Shown here: positions 57,168 through 64,000 of the stretch, piece after piece | Position numbering within the stretch: the stretch's first letter is position 1 | Layout: each line of letters starts with the position of its first letter | Assembly (NCBI GenBank): GCA_965243025.1 | Contig: CBDETY010000003.1 | Coordinates: 2,080,001-2,144,000, forward strand | Origin: Candidatus Latescibacterota bacterium | GTDB taxonomy: Bacteria; Latescibacterota; UBA2968; UBA8231 | Reading direction: 5' to 3' | Length of the DNA: 64,000 nt | Translations under genes and position numbers: made by a program | Notes under the pieces: generated by a model | Database searches by the model: none | What the model was told of the DNA's origin: nothing | What the model saw: only the letters and a program-made list of their open reading frames with translations

Positions 57168-58421
57168 ATGGATTTGCGGGAAACCCTGGGACTCTCCGCG
57201 GCCGGACTGGCCGCGCACAAGCTGCGCACCTGCCTGACCATGCTGGGAATCATCTTCGGCGTCGCCGCGGTCATCGCCATGCTGTCGATCGGCGAGGGGG
57301 CGAGGCAGGAGGCTCTCGGCCAGATCCGTCAGATGGGGATCGACAACATCATCGTCCAGCACTGGAGCCCCGAAAGCGATGAGGAAGGGGAGGGAGGGGA
57401 AGCCAGGGCAGGGCAGAATCTCTCCCGGGGGCTCAGCCGCCAGGACGCGGAGGCGCTCGCCGAGATCTGCCCGCTCGCCGAGATCGTCGCCCCCCTGAGG
57501 GAAATCAAGGTCAAGGCGCGCGCCGGCAGCACCCCGTTCCAGACCATGCTGGTCGGGGCCACCCCCGAGTACATCCGCGTCCTCGACGCCCGCCTGGGCC
57601 GGGGGGTCTATCTCAGCGACGAGGATCTGCGGGATGCCCGGCGGGTCTGCGTCCTCGGCAGCGACGCCAAGCGGGCCCTGTTCCTTTTCGAGGAGGCGAT
57701 CGGCAGGCAGGTGAAGCTGCACGACCAGTGGTTCACCGTGGTCGGGGTGCTCGAGGACAAGGGAGCGGCAAGCGGCAAGATCGGCGGCGTCCTCGAGGTG
57801 CGGAACACCGACGAGGACATCTACGTGCCGCTGACCACCCTGCTCAAGCGCTTCAAGTGGGAGGCCGACCAGGCCGAGCTCACCCAGATCACCATCAAGG
57901 TCCCCGGGTCGGAGAAGCTGCAGGAAGCGGCCAACATCATCCGCTCGATCCTGCACCGCCGCCACCGCGGCGTCGACGATTTCAAGATCGCCATCCCCGA
58001 GGAGCTGCTGCGCCACAGCCAGAGCACCCAGAGAATCTTCAACATCGTCATGGGCTGCATCGCCGGCATCTCCCTCGTCGTGGGCGGCATCGGCATCATG
58101 AACATCATGCTGGCCTCCGTGCTGGAGCGGACCCGGGAGATCGGCATCCGCCGCGCCCTCGGGGCCCGGCGCAGGGACGTGATGGCCCAGTTCCTCGTCG
58201 AGGCGGTCGCCGTCAGCCTGATCGGGGGGGTTCTCGGGGTGATCCTGGGGTATTCTCTTACCGAGCTCATCACCCTCTACGCGCACTGGAAGACCATCGT
58301 CCATTTCTGGACCATCGCTCTCTCCTTCGGCGTCGCCGCCGGGGTCGGGATCACCTTCGGCTACTACCCGGCGCGCCAGGCGGCGCTGCTAAACCCGATC
58401 GACGCCTTGCGCTATGAGTGA
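57168..58421 (+). CDS. ABC exporter permease (MacB/FtsX family)
   Basis: LRTCLTMLGIIFGVAAVI, GGIGIMNIMLASV.ERTREIGIRRALGA, PARQAALLNPIDALRYE. Confidence 0.95.
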   Translation: MDLRETLGLSAAGLAAHKLRTCLTMLGIIFGVAAVIAMLSIGEGARQEALGQIRQMGIDNIIVQHWSPESDEEGEGGEARAGQNLSRGLSRQDAEALAEICPLAEIVAPLREIKVKARAGSTPFQTMLVGATPEYIRVLDARLGRGVYLSDEDLRDARRVCVLGSDAKRALFLFEEAIGRQVKLHDQWFTVVGVLEDKGAASGKIGGVLEVRNTDEDIYVPLTTLLKRFKWEADQAELTQITIKVPGSEKLQEAANIIRSILHRRHRGVDDFKIAIPEELLRHSQSTQRIFNIVMGCIAGISLVVGGIGIMNIMLASVLERTREIGIRRALGARRRDVMAQFLVEAVAVSLIGGVLGVILGYSLTELITLYAHWKTIVHFWTIALSFGVAAGVGITFGYYPARQAALLNPIDALRYE

Positions 58422-58869
58422 CGACCGTGGGCTTCCCGGAGCCGAACCCTTCCGGGCCCGGGGCAGGGACAACCGCCTCCAGCCGGGGAGCCGGCTGGGC
58501 CGGCAGGTGCTGATCGATCTCTACGACTGTCCGCGCGAGGTTCTCGACGACGAGAAGCTGATCGCCGCGAGCATGATCGCCGCCGCCCGGGAAGCCGGGG
58601 CCGCGGTCGTCGGTTCGACCTTTCACCGCTTCTCTCCCTGCGGGGTGTCCGGGGTGGTGGCGATTCGCGAGAGCCACCTGGCCATTCACACCTGGCCGGA
58701 GTTCGGGTACGCGGCGATCGATCTGTTCACGTGCGGGGACGGGGTCGACCCGTGGATCGCCCACGACGCCCTGAAACGCGCCCTGGGCGCCGGCCGCGGC
58801 GAGGCCATCGAGCTGCCGCGGCCCGGGGCCAACGGAGGCTGGCCGGGAAACGAGGTGAAATCGAAGTGA
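58414..58869 (+). CDS. speD: S-adenosylmethionine decarboxylase proenzyme, short class (pyruvoyl)
   Basis: LGRQVLIDLYDC, FSPCGVSGVV, RES|HLAIHTWPE-type cleavage region (ESH), IDLFTCG. Confidence 0.88.
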   Translation: MSDDRGLPGAEPFRARGRDNRLQPGSRLGRQVLIDLYDCPREVLDDEKLIAASMIAAAREAGAAVVGSTFHRFSPCGVSGVVAIRESHLAIHTWPEFGYAAIDLFTCGDGVDPWIAHDALKRALGAGRGEAIELPRPGANGGWPGNEVKSK

Positions 58870-58925
58870 TGGAGGCCGGAGACGGGCAAGTCCCCGCTCC
58901 GGGAGGGAAATCCCCGCGCCGACGG

Positions 58926-59915
58926 TTACCGGCCTTGCTGCTGGAGTTCCTGCAGGTGGACCGCGAGGTGGTCGCGAAAGGCCCCTATGCGCTCCTGGAG
59001 CACCGCTTCCATCTCCTTCAGCTCCTGCTGCCTGGCGCGCAGCTTGTGCAGCTCGAGCATGAAACCGCGGGGGGCGACCACGGCGACCATCCCTTCACCG
59101 CTGCCGACCTCGACGAGGCCCCCGCCGGTGTTCCGGGGATCGTCCCGGGGGGGCTGCCCGCCATCTCCGGTGAAGTTCACGGCAGAAGTTCCCTGGCCCG
59201 GTGACTCCACGGAAGCACTGCCGGGAATCTCCCCGACGGCACTCATCTGCAGGTGGAACTGGCGTGCCAGCGACCACAGCTTCCGCTCCATGCGGCCCTG
59301 GTCTTCGAGCCACCGGATCCGCCCCTCCATCTTGCGGGCTTCCTCTCGCAGAAGGCTCAGACGGTCTTCCAGCAGCACCAGCTTCTGCCGGATCTCGTCC
59401 GGTCCGTCGCTGGCGGCGATGGTCATGTCGACGGGATAGCGGCCCAGCTCCGGCTCGATGACGTCGTACCCCAGCTTCCGGCGTTCCTCCCACAGGATCA
59501 TCATCTGCATCAGGAGTCCCTTGTCCATCGCTTTCGACAGGGCACCGAAGAGGCGGCTGATCTCCCAGTCGTAGGCAAGGCGCAGACGCTGGCGAAGGGA
59601 ATCCGCTGCCGCGCCCGCCTGTTCGATGCGCTGGTCGACCTCGTCGAGTCGGCGCTCGATTTCCATCGACTCGATGAGCGCCTTGCGCATCTCCTCCGAC
59701 CTGGGGGCTGCCCGCTTCAGGCTGTCGATGACGGCAGAGAGGTTTCCGGCGGTTCGGGCGAACTGGTGCCGCGACTCGTGGAGCCGCTCCCGGATCACCC
59801 CGAGGTTTTCCCGCTCCAGCCTGAGGGCATCGAGGTCCCAGGCCTCGGGCTCCTCGCCCATGGCCGGCGCCCCGAGCGAGGCCACGGCTGCCCCGAGAAG
59901 TCTACGCCATGCCAT
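58926..59915 (-). CDS. Exported coiled-coil hypothetical protein
   Basis: Signal-like MAWRRLLGAAVASLGAPAMG, heptad-rich helices; overlaps the regulator stop codon. Confidence 0.7.
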   Translation of the reverse strand: MAWRRLLGAAVASLGAPAMGEEPEAWDLDALRLERENLGVIRERLHESRHQFARTAGNLSAVIDSLKRAAPRSEEMRKALIESMEIERRLDEVDQRIEQAGAAADSLRQRLRLAYDWEISRLFGALSKAMDKGLLMQMMILWEERRKLGYDVIEPELGRYPVDMTIAASDGPDEIRQKLVLLEDRLSLLREEARKMEGRIRWLEDQGRMERKLWSLARQFHLQMSAVGEIPGSASVESPGQGTSAVNFTGDGGQPPRDDPRNTGGGLVEVGSGEGMVAVVAPRGFMLELHKLRARQQELKEMEAVLQERIGAFRDHLAVHLQELQQQGR

Positions 59916-61281
59916 ACTTTTCCAGCTTGTAGTAGAGAGCACTCGTTTTCACCCCCAGCAGCTCCGCCGCCTGGGTCTTGACCCCGTTCGCTTCCTCCAT
60001 CGCCCGGCAGATCAGGTCTCTCTCCAGCGATTCCAGCTGATCGTTGAGGGCGAGCTTGCTCGCCGGCGTCGGTTCCCCGTCCCCGCCGGGTTCGTCGGCC
60101 GCATCGGCGAGCGGCAGATCCCCGGGGCCGATCTCCTCGCGGTCGACCAGGACCACCGTGCGCTCGATGACGTTCTCCAGCTCGCGAACGTTCCCGGGCC
60201 ACGGATAACGGCAGAGGAACTCGACCGCTTCCCCTGACAGACGCCTGAGGGGCAGGTTCATTTCCCGGCATTTCTTGCGGAGGAAGTGATCGACCAGAAG
60301 GGGAATGTCGTCGCGGCGCTCCCTCAACGGGGCCAGGTGCATGGGGATCACCTCGAGCCGGTAGAACAGGTCCTCGCGGAAGCTGCCGTCGGCGACCCTC
60401 TCCTTGAGGGCCTGGTTGGTGGCGGCGACGACGCGCACGTCGGCGCTGATGGTGCGCTCCCCCCCGACCCGGTCGAACTCCTTCTCCTGCAGCACCCGCA
60501 GCAGGTTCACCTGGGTTTCGAGGGGGATGTCGCCGATCTCGTCGAGAAAGATGGTGCCCCCGGAGGCCAGCTCGAACTTCCCCTTCTTCATCTTCAGGGC
60601 TCCGGTGAACGCCCCCTTCTCGTGTCCGAACAGCTCGCTCTCGACCAGGTTCACCGGAAGGGCCCCGCAGTTGACCTTGACGAAGGGGCCGGTGCGGCGC
60701 GGGCTGAGGTTGTGGATCGCCCGGGCTACCAGCTCCTTCCCCGTCCCGCTCTCCCCGTAAATCAACACGGAGGAATCGATGGCGGCCACCTTTTCCACTC
60801 TCGCCAGGACCTCGGCGATCTGCCGCGACCGCCCGACGATTTCGCCGTAGCGATCCTCGATCTCCTCGCGCAGGTACTCGTTCTCCTCCCCGAGCCTGTC
60901 GCGCTCGCGGCGGTCGGCGCGGTGGTCCAGAACCCGCTGCACCTTGAGCCGCAGCGCTTCCATGGGAAACGGCTTGGTGATGAAATCGACTGCGCCGATC
61001 TGCATGGCGCGCACCGCGATCTCGATGGTGCCGTGAGCGGTTATGATGATGACGTCGGTGTCGGCGAAATCCCTTCTGACCGCCTCGAGGAGCTGCAGCC
61101 CGTCCATTTCCGCCATCCTGAAGTCGGTGATCACCAAGTCGAAAGCCGCCTGCCGCGCCAGTATCAACAGGGCTTCGGCCCCGCTGGCTGCCTTGACCGC
61201 GTCGCATCCCATGCGCTCGACCACCAGGGCGATGCCGGAGCGCATGGTCTCGTTGTCGTCGACGATCAGTATCCGGCTCAC
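59902..61281 (-). CDS. Sigma-54-dependent response regulator (NtrC/AtoC/ZraR family)
   Basis: Receiver ILIVDD...D..M...KP; GESGTGKE, ESELFGHEKGAFTGA, FLDEIG, WPGNVREL, Fis HTH. Confidence 0.96.
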   Translation of the reverse strand: MSRILIVDDNETMRSGIALVVERMGCDAVKAASGAEALLILARQAAFDLVITDFRMAEMDGLQLLEAVRRDFADTDVIIITAHGTIEIAVRAMQIGAVDFITKPFPMEALRLKVQRVLDHRADRRERDRLGEENEYLREEIEDRYGEIVGRSRQIAEVLARVEKVAAIDSSVLIYGESGTGKELVARAIHNLSPRRTGPFVKVNCGALPVNLVESELFGHEKGAFTGALKMKKGKFELASGGTIFLDEIGDIPLETQVNLLRVLQEKEFDRVGGERTISADVRVVAATNQALKERVADGSFREDLFYRLEVIPMHLAPLRERRDDIPLLVDHFLRKKCREMNLPLRRLSGEAVEFLCRYPWPGNVRELENVIERTVVLVDREEIGPGDLPLADAADEPGGDGEPTPASKLALNDQLESLERDLICRAMEEANGVKTQAAELLGVKTSALYYKLEKYGMA

Positions 61282-62816
61282 GCCTGCACCAGCCTGCTCC
61301 GCCGGGCGCTTCGGCCGGCGGGAAGATGGAGGGTCACCGTGGTGCCCCTGCCGGGTTCGCTGGCGATGTCGATGCGGCCGCGGTTTTGCTCCACCGCCTG
61401 CCGGGCGATCGCCATTCCCAGGCCGGACCCCTTCTCCCTGGTAGTGAAGAAAGGCTCGAACAGGCGCGCCTGAACCTGGCTGGGGATCCCCGGACCGGTA
61501 TCCTCGATCTCGACCGAGACCCCCGCGTCGCCTGCCTCGGCGCGTACCGACAACCGCCCTCCCGTGCCTGCCATCGCCTGGACCCCGTTCTTCATCAGGT
61601 TGACGAAAGCCCGCTTGACCTGCTCGGGATCGGCGAAGACAGCCAGCTCCGGGGGAATCTGCTGGTCGTATTCCACCCGGGCGCGCTCCATCTCCGGCGA
61701 CAGCAGAAAGGCGGCGTCTTCGACGAGCCTCGCCACCTCGACGCTTTCCGGGTCCGGTGGAGCCTGCCTCGAGAAGGCGAGGAAATCGGCGATCACCCTG
61801 TCGAGGTTCCCGACCTCGGCGATCACCTTCTCTATGTGCTGCTTGCGGGAATCCTCCTCCGGCAGGTCGTCGGCGATCAGGCCTGCGTAGATCTCGATAC
61901 CGCCCAGCGGGTTGCGGATCTCGTGGGCGACTCCGCTCAGCATCTGGCGCAGCTGCGCGTCCCTGGCCAGCAGCTTGAGGCGCATCTCCTCCATCGTCTC
62001 CCCGAGGTAGCCGATCTCGTCGCGCCCCGAGGTGTCGACGGCATTCTCCAGGTTTCCGCCCCCGATCTCGCGGGCAGCGGTAACCAGCCTCTGGATCGGC
62101 CGCGTCAGGGTTCGTCCCAGCAGCAGCGCCACCACCAGGGTCAGGAGCGCGCTCAAACCGGCGAACAGGTAGACGGACTGCCTGAAGCGGTGCACGGCCT
62201 TGGTGTACCCCGGTCCGATGTCGACGGCGACCCCGGCGACGACCTCGCCGTCGTGGAAGACCGGGGCGTACCCGGTCATGTAGTCGAGCCCGGCTTCATC
62301 GGTGAACAGCAGAGTGTGAGCCGCCTCTCCCTCCCAGAGTCTCTCCACCTCCATGCGGTCGCGGTACTTCAGCCTGGGGTACTCGCGGCCTATGGCGATC
62401 CCGGGCTCGGTGTCGAGAAGGCTGCGGCCGTCGCGGTCGAAGACGTAGATCCTGCGCGCCCCGACCATCTCACGGGCGCGGCGCAGCCGGTTCGTCGAGT
62501 TGCGGTAGAAGCCGGAAGCCTCGTACCCGGGACGCAGCATCATGACGGTTTCCCCGTTGATCCCCGAAGCGATCAGCTCGACTTCGGCGACGAGGTGATT
62601 CCCCATCTGCCGCTCGAGGCTGTCGAGGGCGCGCTCGTACAGGACCCAGCCGCTGCCGCCGACGACGACCATCGCCAGGAGCACGAAGCTGAGAACGAGG
62701 CGCCGTCCGATACGTCCGCGCCGGGCGACCCTTTCCCTGACCCCGGCCGCATACAGGATCTCCCCGGGGCGGTCCTCCGCCCGGGGTTTGGCTGCGGGAA
62801 TGGCAGGAGAGGTCAT
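61278..62816 (-). CDS. Membrane sensor histidine kinase (periplasmic sensor, HAMP, HisKA, HATPase)
   Basis: Two TMs, DEIGYL, AHEIRNPL, NLMKNG, DTGPG, FFTT..GSGLG. Confidence 0.94.
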   Translation of the reverse strand: MTSPAIPAAKPRAEDRPGEILYAAGVRERVARRGRIGRRLVLSFVLLAMVVVGGSGWVLYERALDSLERQMGNHLVAEVELIASGINGETVMMLRPGYEASGFYRNSTNRLRRAREMVGARRIYVFDRDGRSLLDTEPGIAIGREYPRLKYRDRMEVERLWEGEAAHTLLFTDEAGLDYMTGYAPVFHDGEVVAGVAVDIGPGYTKAVHRFRQSVYLFAGLSALLTLVVALLLGRTLTRPIQRLVTAAREIGGGNLENAVDTSGRDEIGYLGETMEEMRLKLLARDAQLRQMLSGVAHEIRNPLGGIEIYAGLIADDLPEEDSRKQHIEKVIAEVGNLDRVIADFLAFSRQAPPDPESVEVARLVEDAAFLLSPEMERARVEYDQQIPPELAVFADPEQVKRAFVNLMKNGVQAMAGTGGRLSVRAEAGDAGVSVEIEDTGPGIPSQVQARLFEPFFTTREKGSGLGMAIARQAVEQNRGRIDIASEPGRGTTVTLHLPAGRSARRSRLVQA

Positions 62817-62820
62817 TCTT

Positions 62821-63753
62821 TCAGGCCGCAGATGCCGGTTCCAGGTTGCTGCCCTCCTGCTCCCAGGCCTGCCAGTAGCTGCGCAGGCGGCGGCAGAAGG
62901 CCCCCGGTTTCTCCGCGTAGATCCTGCGGGCGAGCCGCATCGACCCGGTCTGCAGGCATTGCCGGCGCTCGGCGATAGCCCTGTCGAGCTCGGCCAGGAT
63001 GCCCGGGTTCTCCGTGCCGGGAAGCAGCTCACCAAGGGTGGCCGACAGGACGGAGAGGTCGTGATCGTCTCCCAGCATCTCCCCGAGGGCGTCCGCCTGA
63101 GCGATGGCTGTCGCCATCTGCTCCGGCCAGATCGATCTGAGGATCTGGTGGTGATACCAGAGGTACTTGACACGCTTGCGCCATTCGTGGAGAGCCTCGT
63201 CGGTGGGCAGGCGAAGAGCCTCCCCGAACTCGGCACACCCCTGCGCATAGATTCGCCGGAGGCCGGCTTCGAGCCCTTTCCAGCCGTCGCGGAGGGGCCA
63301 TTCCGAGGCGCGGCGGTCCGCTTCCTCGAGCGCCTCGACTGCCGTTTCCACCGCGAGAGGGGTAACGCCCCCGGATCGATGGGCGAGCTGGCGGCCTTCT
63401 ACCAGGCGGGAGCGAACGGCGGCGAAGCTGTCGGGGGGTTGCCGCTTCCCCAGCCGGGCCATGAGGGCGTCGAACGTCTCCACGAGGGCAGCGGCATCCC
63501 GGATCGCGGAAAGCTGAGCGGCGACGGCGCGAAAACAGGCGTTCTCGCGCCGGTACGCCTCATTGCCCAACCCTGTGCGTACCAGGCGCGCCAGGGCGCG
63601 CAGGCGCTTCATGCACTTGCGGGCTTCGTGGACCTGCTCGTCACGCGAGCCGGTGCGGCTGCGCAGGTGGGCGACGGCGGCCTGGAGCTGCTCGCGGGCA
63701 ATTCGGCGCACCCCGGCAGGCACTCCCTCGCCGCGGATCAGTCGGTAGGCCAT
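62821..63753 (-). CDS. CHAD-domain protein
   Basis: VHEARK..KRLRA, RD, LHEWRKRVKYLWY, LGDDHDL. Confidence 0.9.
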   Translation of the reverse strand: MAYRLIRGEGVPAGVRRIAREQLQAAVAHLRSRTGSRDEQVHEARKCMKRLRALARLVRTGLGNEAYRRENACFRAVAAQLSAIRDAAALVETFDALMARLGKRQPPDSFAAVRSRLVEGRQLAHRSGGVTPLAVETAVEALEEADRRASEWPLRDGWKGLEAGLRRIYAQGCAEFGEALRLPTDEALHEWRKRVKYLWYHHQILRSIWPEQMATAIAQADALGEMLGDDHDLSVLSATLGELLPGTENPGILAELDRAIAERRQCLQTGSMRLARRIYAEKPGAFCRRLRSYWQAWEQEGSNLEPASAA

Positions 63754-64000
63754 TTCGATTCCGGCGGTTAACCATGCTGTCCAGATTTCGGAAAGTTACT
63801 CACCCCGAAGCCGGATGTCCACCCTAAGGGCTAATACATACTGATACTTCCATCCATTGCGCCTACGGCCTGGCGGGCCTTGGCGGCAACTTCTGCGCGC
63901 CCCCTGGGCGGTTTAGCGTAACTCCCTCTTTTTCCATATACTTGAGACAGATTTTCCAGTCTGGACGGCGCCTTTGTGGGTGGACCGGCAGCGGTGCTCG

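Overview
A GC-rich bacterial chromosomal segment with about 59 protein genes. No rRNA, tRNA, CRISPR array, integrase or transposase was recognised. Gene content (PhyH dioxygenases, sulfatase, HpcH aldolases, a protein with a FlgD/T9SS-type C-terminal domain, TonB receptor) suggests a diderm FCB-group organism such as Latescibacterota or Gemmatimonadota; this is inference. Main blocks: (1) an orphan catabolic cluster (TAXI binding protein, two PhyH, RraA, HpcH, enolase-superfamily enzyme), where one PhyH has an HxG halogenase-like iron motif; (2) hom-apgM-asd; (3) a small accessory island of Phd-PIN-Phd-ATPase/TOPRIM (OLD-like); (4) a two-subunit NAD-linked formate dehydrogenase whose alpha subunit is a selenoprotein (in-frame TGA at 25482 plus a canonical SECIS), with fdhD nearby; (5) cca, a stand-alone IMP-cyclohydrolase half of purH, and lpdA-gmhA-SelA/DgaE-like genes; (6) a cobalamin-riboswitch-controlled 9-gene corrinoid capture and remodelling operon (TonB receptor, secreted beta-propeller, PduO, BtuFCD, leaderless BtuF-like protein, CbiZ, CbiB), with an intrinsic terminator inside the first codons of the first gene; (7) a MacAB-type exporter with two adaptors followed by speD; (8) CHAD-histidine kinase-sigma54 regulator-secreted coiled-coil protein. 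Family calls come from motif recognition by eye; no database searches were run.
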